Part shown: positions 13,141-26,339 of the stretch, piece after piece
How the letters are laid out: every line of letters starts with the position of its first letter
How positions within the stretch are numbered: position 1 is the stretch's first letter
Assembly: GCF_004010195.1 (NCBI RefSeq)
Contig: NC_057711.1
Coordinates: 71,524,511 to 71,588,510, forward strand
Length of the DNA stretch: 64,000 nucleotides
Direction of reading: 5' to 3'
From: Chiloscyllium plagiosum
Taxonomy: Eukaryota
Notes under the pieces: model-generated
Seen by the model: the letters and a program-made list of their open reading frames with translations, nothing else
What the model was told of the DNA's origin: nothing
Database searches by the model: none
Made by a program: the position numbers and the translations under genes

Positions 13141-14350
13141 TGAACGCATCATCCCATAAAATTTCCTACCATCCACGTTGTTAAACACAGGCCATCTCTG
13201 CCTCTAGCCCACCATTAATTTTGAACAAACAGGACACAGCTCTGACATTCAGTTATTTCAGCTTACCCTCATTCACCTACAATGCTGCTGACCTCACATC
13301 CAGCCGTTACTGCTTCCACATCCCTCCATGTATTCTAGGCCCATCATCCAAAAACATTGGAAAATATTTCTTCATGCTGGCAGAAACAGGTGGTCCATTG
13401 TAGGAGCTACAAGAGACAGGCATAATTCTCTCATCTGAACCTTCTGGAGGTGATGGTGCTCCACATGAAAATTGCATCTGATGTCACTGAGAATATTGAG
13501 GATAATGAGATAATCTCATCACCCAAAATTGACATTGATGGATTACCAAAGGTGGAAAATGCTGTCACCTATTCACTTGATGCATTGTTTGGACTGCCAG
13601 GTCGTTCATTGTCACTAACAAGAGCCTCTAAGGAATTCAGTTCCAGAGCTTCACTCAGAGCTTGAACTCATCCTTTCCAGTGTGCTAATGGAAACCATGA
13701 CAGGCTATCCATGATGCAGCATCTAATGGCCAATGTCTCAACTTGCACTGCAGCAAACAAAGAAGCCACTCGACTTCCCAGTGCTGCAATACAGGCTCAG
13801 CCAGAACTCATGTGATCAATACTTGCTGTCAAACAGGTTCAGGCTGCTGCCACTATGGCTTTGGGTTCAAAGAAACTTGGTAGATATCACAGTAGTCTAG
13901 CAAATGGTTATCCAATAAATTACTAAGATCATTGAGGAGCTGGGTATTGAATGAACCATCTGTCAGGATGATAGAGCGTTTGCCTACTCAGCATTATCAC
14001 GCAGCACGCACCTTTGCTGTTGCCATTCACCCAGCTAGCCTACACTGCTGCTGCACAAGCTAATAGTGAGCAGTCTAAAGCCAGGTCTACTAGGCCTATG
14101 GTGCTTTAGGACATCCTGCAAGGCTATTTACAGTTTTCCCGAATAAATGACAGTGACTTTCCACCAGCCTGGCTACAGCTACTGGGGCAGCATTGAGTCA
14201 AAGGCAGCAACAAAACAGGCATTCAGGGAATGTACAAGGCTGAAGAATTCAGTTTTGTATGTGTTGTTGAGAGTATTTGACAGATAAAAATGCTATAAAT
14301 TAATTTTTTTGTTAGTAGCTTTTCTTTCAGGACTTTGGCCAAGGAGATAC

Positions 14351-14612
14351 AGATTAGATTCCCTACAGTATGGAAACAGGCCCTTTGACCCAACAGGTCC
14401 ACACTGACCCTCCAAAGAGTAATCCACTGACACCCATTCCTCTACCTTATATTTACCCCTAACTAATGTACCTAACACTATGGGCAATTTAGCATGACCA
14501 ATTCACCTGACCTGCACATCTTTGGACTGTGGGAGGAAACCCATACAAACACAGGGAGAATGTGCAAACTCCACACAGACAGGCATCGAACCACTGAGCC
14601 ACCCTGCCACCC
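14351..14612 (-). mobile_element. HE1-like SINE
   Basis: Tail agattagattccctacagtatggaaacaggcc and V-domain core. Confidence 0.92.
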
Positions 14613-14659
14613 CAATACATGCAGAGAAAAGTGGAAAACTGTGGACCAACAGGGAGATT

Positions 14660-15035
14660 GAAGTGACATCTTAACCTCCTTCTCTCCAAAGAGAACAATC
14701 CCAACCTTTCAAATTATCCTCATAACTGAAGTCTCTCATCCCTGGAACTATTTTTGTAAACTTTTTCAGTTGTCTCTCCAATGAGTTCAAATCCTTCCTA
14801 TAATATGACACCTAGAAATGTGCACAGTACTGCAGGTGAGGTCTAACAAACAAATTCAGCATAACTTTCTTCCACTTATCCTCTGTCCCCTGATAAATAA
14901 ATACTGCATGTTTTATTAACTGCTCCCTCACCAGTCCTGCCACCTTCAATGATCATTGAACATAAATACCCATGTCATTCTGCACCTGCACCCCCTTAAA
15001 AATTGTACCCTTCACTTTATATTGCCTGTCCATTA
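14660..15035 (-). mobile_element. Old CR1 ORF2 fragment
   Basis: Encodes GLFSLERRRLR-like ORF2 C-terminus; decayed. Confidence 0.75.
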
Positions 15036-15399
15036 ATCACTATCAGGCTTCAACGTATGGTGAACTAAAACAAAATGGGCAAGCAGATATATTTCCATCT
15101 TTCACACTAAAACTATAATTTGCGTCTTGAATTGACTTGGGGAACAATGAGGTATTCACCTGTCTGGATGATAGGGCTGGTTACCTTGTTGACTAGATGA
15201 TGAGAATGTGTGTTCAATTTCTCAACAACCTGAGTTAGTTTTTCCAAGACATGTCTCATCATTTTACCCCATGCAAAGGACTGGCTACCCTCAAGTTGTA
15301 CAAAACCAATTGTCTCTATTGCACAGAAATATCCCTTGTGGCTCAACAGCTCAACTCTATTCATGAGTTTGATATCAATTTCTATTCTTTATCTTTATT

Positions 15400-15680
15400 T
15401 CTGTATCTCCACAAAGGACTGGAGCTTAGTAGCATAACAGAAAGAGACTTGTGCAGAATAGTCTTCTTGAAATCCAACATGAAGAAAACTCCCCCAGGAA
15501 CATGACACTTCTACAAACTCAGTGCTAACAAAAGTAAATTCAAAAATATCCCACCTGAACATTGGATGCTTAAATAAAGAAGGCTAGCTTCCAGTCAACC
15601 TGCTCAGAAACAGGTGAGATTTGAACTGAGGACTCCTGGCTCAAAGATAGGGACACTACCACTGCACTGAAAGAACCCTT
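15400..15680 (-). mobile_element. Old tRNA-derived SINE fragment
   Basis: B-box/A-box-like head ggtgagatttgaac...gacactaccactgcac at ~15612-15668; left boundary uncertain. Confidence 0.45.
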
Positions 15681-18600
15681 AGCACATTAGTCTGAAGTTC
15701 ACAATTGCTAGTGCAGGGGCATTACCACCACGCCATCTCCTCCTATTGGACGCTTAATCCTTTATGTAATGTGACAAGGAACTCCCTCACATCAGCTTAG
15801 AGTGAATATGAGAATGAATTAATTGACCCTGCATGGACAAAATGACAGATTATATGCTAGATCAGCAGGAGATTTCTGGCTGCAAAGCTTTCACTCAGGA
15901 CTGTGTCAGTGGTGCAATGGAGCCCCATTTCATAGCCCACTTTTTTTTCACTAGGAAAGATATTGACCAAATGAATAAAACAGCAAAACTATCTGATGAT
16001 TGGCTTATTGGCTTTGTTTTCTGGCAAAGGAGTTTGATTTCAAAATGTCATTTTGTGTTTCAATAACAAAAATGATCGATTGAGTTGAATTATTTATTTA
16101 AAAGCTGATTAAGAATCTGTAGCCAGAGGCTGGTGTAATCTCTTTAGAAACAATCTCAATGTTTATTTTGAGGCATTGGTACCCTGTGAGAGACACAGAA
16201 GAGATAGTCAGACGTTTCCCAATTTTTCTACCTTTGGCTAATTTGAGACAGCTGTGTTTTAAAGAAGGAGTGCCCTTGACTTCTGTGACTGTCAAGAGGA
16301 AGCACGAGATAATATTTTCAAGTAAATTTAACAATAGAACACATGATTGTATATTCTCAATATGTGAATGTATTCACAACAATTTCCACTTCCACATGCT
16401 CAAAGACATACACCCCCGCACAAGGGCAAGTGATTACAAAAGGGAGTATCATGCATTTAGATTACCTTAAGCCAAAAAAGTCACTATTATATCTAATCTA
16501 CCCAATAATGGATGCCTGAAATATTGCAGGCATGATGATTCCCCTTTGAGAAGTAGCAGTTGGAAGTTTCCAATAATGGATTCAGAGTGGCTCACTGGTT
16601 ACAGTCGCAGGTTTCTGGCTTCAAATCAGTCAAGGTTCAACACGCACACACAGTGAGATTGAATCTTCATCTTCAAACTCGTACAAAAAGCCTAGCTCCA
16701 AATCTCTGCCTACTGGTAGATTTTAGACAGGATATTTCATTTGCTAATCTGCATCTGCTCTCACTGTGTCTTTTTGTCTGATTAACTGAGCTTGCTATTA
16801 AAGTGTGCAATATTGGATGATCCATTCTCATTCTGTCCAGTGACCATAGTATGTGCTATCCATAATCTACAGAAATGATTTTTGATGATTTGTGCATTGA
16901 CAAACATAATATTTGAGTTTCACCCATTTGCATCTCTTTGTTGTTAAAATGGGTTTTATTCTCAGACGCATTCTGTAGGATTCCATTTGGCCGTCAAGAT
17001 GTCTGCAAGCCAGTTTTGAACCAGTTCTGTAGGCATTTGGACAACAGCAGGCATAAAATCCACAGGAAAGATCTGTTACATTTTAGCGCATTTTCAATGA
17101 TTGTACCAAAAAGTTATTTGCATTTTAGAATCCCGTTCAGTATAGCAGACCAAGTTCCAACCTTGTCTGGTTACATCTATATTAGAAGAGAAGTAAGACA
17201 GTCATCTGTACTCTCAATACTACATTGTTTCTAAACAGACCATCAATTTTCCACCTTGTTTTAAAAATAAAATGTTCATTTTCTATACGATTCATGAGTA
17301 TAATGATATACCATCAAGGTCAGTGTATTCTAAGTCATCAGGAAAGGAATGTATGGGATTGACTAAAATGCTTATTTCACATTCTGCCCAGTGCAACTCC
17401 TGATTGACCTCACAGGAGAGTCAAATCAGATGAGATGTGAAACCAGCACTGAAATTGACCCATCAGTTTTCTGACAAGGGGGTGAGGCTCAAATTATCCC
17501 TTCAATCAAAAGTGAGAAACTAGGGGAAACCCACTGATTTTGTATTTTCATTTCTGGGTACCTTTGTGAAATACAAAAGAAAATGATTCAAACCTTATGT
17601 TAACAATAGAAATATGCACCTGATTTCCATAGACTGCAGAAACATCTAAAAAGTACAACTTTTTTCTTTTCTTCTGGGCATATTTTAACCCTGCAAAATT
17701 AACTATTTACCTGCATCATCAGAGAGTGAAAGCATTCAATACAACAGAAATAAATTCCCAAAAAAATCAACATGTTACTTTTGTTTCAGTGTGTGTTGTG
17801 GCAACTGCCTGGTGGCTGATTCTTCTATTTTGTAATGAAGTAATGTTATTGTTGTCCTATCTTCATGGAGACTGATTTTGTTTCCTCTTGTTTAGGTAAT
17901 ATTCATGCGCAAGGCTTTCATCATGATGTCTACCTTTTGAAGCTAGGTGGTTATGATGTTTACTTGGTGAAGTTGGTTTGGAATCCTTTTAAAAATTATG
18001 ACCATGTCCCAAATCTGGGATTGCTGACCCCAATCCTGGTCTTTCCAATTGTCAAGATCTTTTTAAGGATGTGAGGTGATGTGGGTGGTGAGCATACAGC
18101 AAGCACTCTGGTTACATTTTGAATATTGGCACAGCCCAGTCCCCTACAATTTTCATAGAGTAAATGAGCTTTCAAACGACACATGGATGATAGCATTTCA
18201 GAGGTATCCTAAATCATCGTGAGCATGGGGGAGCTTTTTAAATGGTAAGCTTTATTAACACTATTGGCTGAAAGCCCAGACATCCATTGCTCTGTTGAAA
18301 CACATAAGGCCCTGCTTGATTAACAGACCTGGTTCCCTGATTTCTAAGATCAATTTTTCAATGTTTATTTACATAATGCTTTAAGTGCTTGCAGTTTCTG
18401 CCATGGACGCTTTAGATTTTATTGATGATTGACACTTTCATTGACATTGGTGCTATGATTCATTAAATTGCAAGCAGTAGGTGGTTAAAAGAGCAAGAAT
18501 ATGCAAGGCTAAAGTCAACGCCATTGTTAGATGAGGAAGAGCAGTAGGCAGTCTCTAAGAAAGTACTGCAGGCTGAGGAGTTCTTCAGATGTTTAATTTA

Positions 18601-18977
18601 TTTTTGCAAAATAAATGTACGAAATAGACAAAAGGAGGATGGTTCCACTCAGTGCAGTCCATTCCCATTCCTGGTGCTGTCTTCAGCCCATCCTACTGAC
18701 AGTATCAGTCTTTATCCTGCCAGGATCACAGCCTTGTCTCCACGGCCCTCCTTTTCAGACACATCTTCACTAATGATAGCATCATTACACATCGGTGCAT
18801 GCATAGAGGCTTCCTGAAGCCTGTTCTGTCACATCCAGCTGATGTCACAGGCCACATCACTGTATTTCAGCATTGTAGGTAATCACTGCCTGTTGGCTTG
18901 TGATAACCAGCAGTTTATTGAAGAAAATAGAAAGTAATGGATGAGTGACTTTTTCAAGCTTTTTTCTTACACATGGT

Positions 18978-19195
18978 CGGAGAAAGTGAGGATTGCAGAT
19001 GCTGGAGATCAGAGTTGAGAAGTGTGGCACTGGAAAAGCACAGCAGGTCAGGGAGCATCCAAGGAGCAGGAGAATCGACATTACAGGCATAAGCCTTTCA
19101 TCCTGAAGAAGGGCTTATGCCTGAAACACTAATTCTCTTGCTCCTTGGATGCTGCCTGACCGGATGTGCTTTTCCAATGCCACACTTTTCGACGA
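18978..19195. mobile_element. Fold-back (palindromic) PLE-derived insertion with two opposed hammerhead motifs
   Basis: 11-bp TSD ttacacatggt at 18967-18977 and 19196-19206. Arms are inverted about ~19100. CTGAAGA at 19103-19109 and GAAAC at 19123-19127. Confidence 0.9.
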
Positions 19196-19521
19196 TTACA
19201 CATGGTAGTGTCATGAGAGGATTCATTGATACAATGTATAATGAGTCAATACATATGGAAATGGCATAATCTGGAATGGGTGCACCCTGGAAGATGGATG
19301 GAGTGTCTCATAGTTGAACAAGGGTGACATGAGGGACCATGAGGCACAAGTGGGGAGACATAGCCAGGCATGGGCCATAAGGGACCATGAGCATGGGTGG
19401 AGGTGCATACAGTGGCATGGATGCACCAAAGCAAGCCTGTAGGCGGTGGGTGAGTGCGACAGGTGAGGGCTGTAGGATCGTTTTCTTATTACAACTGTGT
19501 TAAGGTCCCACTACACTGAGG

Positions 19522-19670
19522 AGAAAGTGAGGTCTGCAGACGCTGGAGATCAAAGCTGAAACTTTATTGCTGGAACAGCACAGCAGGTCAGGCAGCATCC
19601 AGGGAACAGGAGATTCGACGTTTCGGGCACATGCCCTTCTTCAGGATGAAAGGCTGAGGCAGCCTCACTA
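19522..19670 (-). mobile_element. Short PLE-derived insertion, 5'-truncated just past the hammerhead
   Basis: 13-bp TSD cactacactgagg at 19509-19521 and 19671-19683. Confidence 0.9.
19613..19648 (-). ncRNA. Minimal hammerhead ribozyme motif
   Basis: Minus strand reads CTGAAGA-A-GGGC-ATGT-GCCC-GAAAC-GTC-GAAT. Core intact; the 5' arm of stem I is weak. Confidence 0.75.
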
Positions 19671-19994
19671 CACTACACTGAGGCAGGCCTCTGAAACCAC
19701 AAGCTTCAGCAAATAGCTGTCTCTGTATCTGCCTCCAAACCTTTTCTCTGGCCCAACTCTAACCTGCAATCACTCCCCCAGCCCCCACAGTAATGAAGAT
19801 CCCATCTTACCAACACTTCCTCCAAGCCAGGTGGGCTGGGGCAGGAACTTGTCTGACTCCCCTGTGCATCTCAATGATGAAAATCCAGGCTAAAATGTTG
19901 GAATTACTGGGTCATATATAACACACCCATTCTCCACTACTGATTTTGCCCACATCTGAGCTCATTAACAGCTTTTAATGTGCACCATTGAATT

Positions 19995-20108
19995 TGTTTT
20001 CTCATTTGTGGGGTGTGAGCTTCACTGGCTGGCCAGCATTTATTGCCCGTCCCTAGTTGCCCTTGAGAAGGTGGTGGTGAGCTGTCTTCTTGCACTGCTG
20101 CAGTCTGT
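19995..20108 (-). mobile_element. LINE 3' end (CR1/L2-group; same family as 49228-49481)
   Basis: ggccagcatttattgccc...cccttgagaaggtggtggtgagc is the reverse complement of the tail seen at 49380-49440. Confidence 0.75.
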
Positions 20109-20299
20109 TGCTCCTGTAAAGATTCCCATTCAGTCTTGTGCGTCTGAATTCATTTTTCACTGTCTGCAGCATATATCTATTGATCTTCCAGACTTTGGTC
20201 TGTCAAGCACTTTCTCACACACTCCCACTTCAATAGACTGCTCACTTTATTTGAATTGCTTGTTTTCTAATCATTCTCAAATTGAATATCTGGCTTAGC

Positions 20300-20820
20300 T
20301 TGAAGGTATCATTGCTGCCTCTGAAGTAGGATGTGGTTGGTTCAAGCTTCATTCCAAGAACTGAGTGTATATTCCAAGATCATGTTCCAGGACTGCAGTG
20401 TGGGAGATGCTATCTTTTGAATGAGACCATAAGAAACTTATTTGCTTATCAGAGGCATAAATTTTGCCACTGTTCGAGGAGGATTTGATTTCTTTTCTTT
20501 TTGCCATGCTTTACATTTTGCCTTCAATCAGCATCAACCAATCATTATCCCTCTAACTCCTGCAGCTGTTCAAAAAGTTATTTTCTAACAACAATCTAAT
20601 ATGGAAGGAAAGATGCTGGTTCAATCAGCAACACTCACATCCCATGATCAAATAAAAAGATATCTGGGCATTATTTCATTGCTGTTATGAGGTCTTGCTG
20701 AGTGCACCTTTCCCTGGATTAAACAAATGGATATACCTGAAAATGTTCTTCATGACTGCAAAATGCTTTGGAAATCCTGAGGTCAAAGAGAGATGAAATA
20801 CCTCAAATCTTTTCCTTTCT
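20300..20820 (+). mobile_element. Old Deu-domain (SacSINE/AmnSINE-like) SINE with L2-type tail
   Basis: tRNA-like head (ggttcaagc), gatgctatcttttgaatgagac Deu-like segment, and tail gctttggaaatcctgaggtc. Confidence 0.55.
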
Positions 20821-22049
20821 CCTCGTAGGAAATAAGGTGTTTTTGCCTGTTTAACCCGCCTCATTCCTTTATATTCATTTCACCCGTATATTCTAAATTA
20901 ATTATGTGAAGGAGTCAGGATGAATAAAGAGTTAGATCTCAAATCAATGTAAAATTGATAAATAATTTAAGGCATGCCAATGAGTGTGTTGATCTTGGAT
21001 ACAAAAGAAGGAGATATATGAGAAGTTGAACTTGTTGATTTTGGTTATGAATTGAAATTAAAAACCGAGTGGACAAAGTCAATAATCATCATCCAAAGAA
21101 AATAGAAGCAACTACAAATTGGCCAGATGTCTTCTCATTAGAAACCTTGCATTTTGCCAACTGACAAAAGGAGAAGCTATTTAGAGGTTTAGGTCCATGC
21201 TTATAGCATTCATCAATTCCCAGCTCCATCAGAAAGTGCACAACATTATCAAGAAGGGAAACAATCATGTTTCCATAAAGTCGACCCCTCCATTGGATTG
21301 TTTCTGACTAGTCAGCAGCTAAGCTGCACAAGTGTTGGCATGGTTATCTGCCTACACTAGTGAACTGAAGTGGTCCCAGAAATTACAGTGGGGTCACTGC
21401 TCAATTACTGCCATCCAGGAAAATGAGGAGACATGTTTACTGAATATGCTTCATAAGATAAAATCTCTGTCTTTATTTCTCCAAGGAACATTTTTTTAAA
21501 GTCAGTAACTGAAGGAAATTAGATTGTTCAATTGTCTTGTGGTAATAAAATGTATGTGGCCTAGAAATAAATCTGCTGTTGAATTGACTGATAAAAGATC
21601 TTGAAGATGAGATAATTCCCAAATCACTGTCACCAACAGGGATCAGACTTTATCAGAAAATTAATACTTTTCATTCTTGCTGAAAGAATCAAATTTGCAC
21701 AAATTCTCAGATTGAAAGGGTTGAGTCTGATAAGAAGTCCTAGACAATGTAATTCAGCTACAAATTTTTAATGTTACACATGACAATTTGGCTCCAAACA
21801 ACGCCAACAAAGTGCAAAGGCTCATCTGCTTTATGTCCCTTTAGAAGCCATTTTGGGGGATGGTAAGCATGTCTACAGGAGTATTCATCAGATATATGGG
21901 AATACGCAGATTGTGACGTCAATTAGCACAGAGCAATGGCTTCACACCTATACCACCACTTTGGAGCTCAGGAAATTATTTCTCTTTGCCTGTAAGAAAG
22001 TAATACTTTTAAATAATTCGCATACTTTTATTCAAATTTTCTTATTGAG

Positions 22050-23535
22050 ATTGCACAGAGTTATAGAGTCACAGAGTCAAATGGCTGTACAGCATGGAAA
22101 CAGTTGTTCAGGTAGCATCCGAGGAGAAGGAAAATTGACGTTTCAGGCTAGAGCCCATCTTCATGAAGGCCTCTGGCCCGAAACATTGATTTTTCTGCTC
22201 CTCAGATGCTGCCTGTCCTGCTGTGCTTTTCCAGCAACACATTCTCAACTCTGATCTCCAGCATCTCAGACCTCAACGTCTCCCAGCATGGAAACAGACC
22301 CTTCAATCCAAATCGTCCATGCTGACCAGATATCCTAACCTAATCTTGACCCATTTGCCAACATTTGGCCCAAATCCCTCTAAACCCTTCCTATTCATAT
22401 ACCTATCCAGATGCCTTTTAAAAATTATAATTGGACCAGCCTCCACCACTTCCTCTGGCAGCTCATTCCATACATGCACCACCCTCTGCATTAAAAATTT
22501 GCTCCTTAGGCCCCATTTAAATCTTCCCCTCTCATCTTAAACCTATGCCTTTTAGTTTTGGACTCACCCACTCCGTCAAAAGACCTTGTCTATTTACCCT
22601 ATCCATGCCCCTCATGATTTTATAAACCTCTATAAGGTCACCCCTCAGCCTCTGACACTCCAGGGAAAATAGCCCCAGCCTATTCAACCTGTCCCTATAG
22701 CTCAAACCCTTCAACCCTGGCAACATCCTTGTAAATCTTTTCTGAACCCTTTCACAGCATGCTTCCTGTAACAGGGAAACTAGAATTGCACTCAGTATTC
22801 CAAAAGTGGCCTAACCAATGTCCTGTGCAGTCACAACATGACTTTCCAACTCCTATACTCAATGCACCAAATAATAAAGGCAAGTTTATTAAACACCTTC
22901 TTCAATATCCTGGGACTCCACTTTCAAGGAACTATGAATCTGCATTCTTTGTTCAGCAACACTCCCAGGACCTTAGTATTCAGTGTCTAAGTCCTGCTAA
23001 GATTTGATGTCCCAATATGCAGCACCTCATATTTATCTAAATTAAACTCCACCTGCCACTCCTCAGCCCATTGGCTCACCTGTTCAAGATCCTGTTGCAC
23101 TCTGCGGTAACCTTGTTTGCTGACAACTACACTCCAAATTTGGTGTCATCTGCAAACCCTTACTAACCATACCTCTTATGTTCACATCTAAATCATTGAT
23201 ATAAATGACAATAAGCAATGGACCCAGCACCAATCCTCCTGACACACCACTGGTCACAGACCTCCAGTCTGAAAAGTAAACCTCCATCATTACTCTCTGT
23301 CTTTTACCTTCAAGCTAGTTCTGTATCTAAATAGCTAGTTCTCTCTGTATTCCATGTGATCTAACCTTGCTACCATAAGGAACGCCTTACTGAAGTCCAT
23401 ATAGATCACAGCCACCCTTATCAATCGTATTTGTTGCCTCTTCAAAAAACTCAAGCAAGTTAATGAGACACGATTTCCCATGCACAAAGCCATGTTGACT
23501 ATCACTAATCCGTCCTTGCCTTTCCAAATCCAGAA
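22050..23535 (-). mobile_element. CR1/HER1-like LINE (RT to 3' end)
   Basis: IYMDFSKAF, VTSGVS..LGPLL.IYINDLD, LFSLECQRLRGDLIEVYKIM, WNELPEEVVEAG. Confidence 0.95.
22104..22283. mobile_element. Fold-back PLE-derived insertion inside the CR1 3' tail
   Basis: 14-bp TSD cagcatggaaacag at 22090-22103 and 22284-22297. The inversion centre is the palindrome cttcatgaag (~22160-22169) at the hammerhead core. Confidence 0.9.
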
Positions 23536-24324
23536 TTGAGGAAAATGTTCAACCAAAGAACGAAGGTGAATTGAAGGCTGCATTTTGTTACAGATTGTCT
23601 TTACAGAGGCATTAGTCTGTCGTACCTCCTGGTTATTGAATGCTTAGTAAAATGTGCAATGTGTCATAAAATTAGTCAAAACCAATAGACAGGCAAACTT
23701 TAAAATTGCTTTGGTGGCAAATTAGAGTTTTGGTTCAGCTTCACATACTCAAAAAGGAAAGAGCTAAAATGTCTGGTTAGCTATCTTAAGTGTTTTGAAA
23801 ACAGAAAGAGAATGACACAAACAGATGTCGATGCACAATGTCAGAGTTGCTTCTTTTTAAATGCTGAGAAAAAAGGAAACATATTTAGTGAAAATGTTTT
23901 AACTGATAAACTCTGTTTTTACATCTCCAAACAACAATTTTTAAGGTGTTAGTAACTTAAGGAACTTTATGGTTGCAAGTAGAATGTGGCCCAGAAAGAG
24001 ATCGGCAGCTACAATGACTGATAAAATTTTGAAGGCGCATGCGGCATCCACAATGGAAAAATCACTGACGAAATTTTGAACAGGTGGACTTTCTTGAGAA
24101 AGTCTCAAATATCATATTTTGAATGAAACATTCCATGTCTGATTTGACCATTGTAGCAGAAGCTGGCTTTTGATAGGACTGTATGGTCATGGAAATGAAA
24201 CCTGGGCAGCTTGGAAAAAATGGTAATCATTTCAACAAATAATTCAATGCATTACCAGCTACTGATGAGCAGGAATCTTCAAAGAATACATAACCACTGT
24301 TGAAGGATACTGCCTTGACTTAAC

Positions 24325-25730
24325 TATTTATAAAGGGAGGTGGTCAAAAGGTAGGGAATTGTAAACCAGTTAGCTTAATTTCTGTCGTGGGGAAAATGCT
24401 TGAGTCTATTATCAAGGAAGAAATAGCAAGGCACCTGCATAGAAATTGTTCAGTTGGGCAAATGCAGCATGGGTTTATGAAGGCAGGTCATGTTTATCTA
24501 ATTTTTGAAATTCTATGAAGACATTATGAACACGGTGGACAATGGGGACCCAGTAGATGTGGTGTATCTAGATTTCCTAAAGGCCCTTGACAAAGTGTCG
24601 CACAAAAGGCAGAGGGTTATGGGCAATGTATTAGCATGGACAGAGGATTGGTTAACCAACAGGAAGCAAAGAGCGGGAATACATGCCTGTTATTCTGTTT
24701 GGCAATCAGTGGTTTGTGGTGTGCCTCAGGGATCAATGTTGGGACCTCAATTATTCACAATTTACATAGATGATCTGGAGTTGGGGATGACATGTAGTAC
24801 ATCAAAGTTTGCAGATGACACTAAGATGAGCAAAACGTGCAGAGGACTGTGAAATTTTGCAAAGTGACAAAGATAGTTTAAGGGAGTGGGCAAAGGTCTG
24901 GCAGATGGAGTACAATGTTAATAAATGTCAAGTCATCCATGTCAGTAGGAATAACAGGAAAAAGGACTATTACTTGAATGTTAAGAACTTGTAGCCCGCT
25001 GCTGTGCAGAGGAACCTGGGTGACCTCGTACATAAATCACAGAATGTTGGCCTGCAGGTACAACAGGTATTTAAGAAGGCAAATGGAATTTTGTCCTTCA
25101 TTGCTCAATGGATTGAGTTTGAAATCAGGGAGGTTATATTCCAACTGTACAAGGTGCTAGTGAGGTTACACCCGGAGTACTGTGTACAGTTTTGGTCTCC
25201 TTACTTGAGAAAGGATGTACTGGCAGTAGGAGTGCAGTGGAGATTCATAGGTTGAATCCAGAGTTCAAGGAGCTGGCTTATGAGGAGAGACTGAGTAGTC
25301 TGGGATTATATTCATTGGAATTTAGAAGAATGAGGAGGGATCATATAGAAACATATAAAATTATGAAAAGAGTAAATAAGGTAGAAATAGAAAGGATGTT
25401 TCCACTGGCGAAAGAAACTAGGGCAAGAGGGCATAGTCTCAAAATTAGGAGGAGCAGATTTATGACTGAATCGAGAAGGAACTTCTTCACCCAGAGGATT
25501 GTGAATCTATGGAATTCCCTGGCCAGTGAAGTGGTTGAGGCTTCCTCAGTAAATGTTTTTAAAGCTAAGATAGATAGTTTTCATTGAACAGTAAAGGAAT
25601 TAAGAGTTATGGTGAGTGGGCGGGTAAGTGGAGCTGAGTCCATGAAAAGATCAGCCATGATCTTACTGACTGACAGGTCGGCTCAAAGGGCCAGATGGCC
25701 TACTCCTGCTCCTGGTTCTTATGTTCTTAT
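24325..25730 (+). mobile_element. CR1 LINE (second subfamily), RT to 3' end
   Basis: VYLDFLKALDKVSH, GVPQGSMLGPQLF, SKFADDTK, YCVQFWSPY; tail ttcttatgttcttat. Confidence 0.95.
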
Positions 25731-26039
25731 AATCAAGGATTCTGCCCAGACACATGGTTCCAGACATATGCAAAAACATCATCATTCTCTTTGGATTATA
25801 GTCTGACAGGGAATGTGCCAGGGAGAAACAGAAAGAATGAGCACTCAGATTCAGAAGAATTACAGGCTTTGCCATACACAGGATGTTAGTGTTGGTCAGT
25901 ACTTTGTGTCCAGGTGCTGTCTGTCAGCTTTGAGATGCACCATAAATTCCACTCCCGCAATGTCTCATTAGAGTATAGTCAAGAATAACAAAACTTGCAG
26001 CTCAATGCCTGATATCCTTGCAGCAGTCATGGCACTTTC

Positions 26040-26330
26040 ATTCATAGAACAGTATAGCACAGTTCAGGCCTTTGGGCCCTTGATGTTGTGCCGACCTTTT
26101 ATCCTACTCAAATTAACCTACATACCCTTCATTGTACTATCATCCATGTACCTATCCAAGAGTAGCCTAAATGTCCCTAGTGTATCTGACTCGACTACCA
26201 TTGCTGGCAGTGCTTTCCACGCACCCACCATTCTCTGTGTAAAGAACTGACCTCCGACACCTCCCCTAAACCTTCCTCCAATCCCCTGAAAAAGACTCCC
26301 CCTCATGATAGCCACTTCTGCTTTTGGCGA
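26040..26330 (-). mobile_element. CR1 3' end
   Basis: FFTQRMVGAWKALP..LDRYMD; tail catagaacagtatagcacag. Confidence 0.85.
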
Positions 26331-26339
26331 TCTTCCAAA

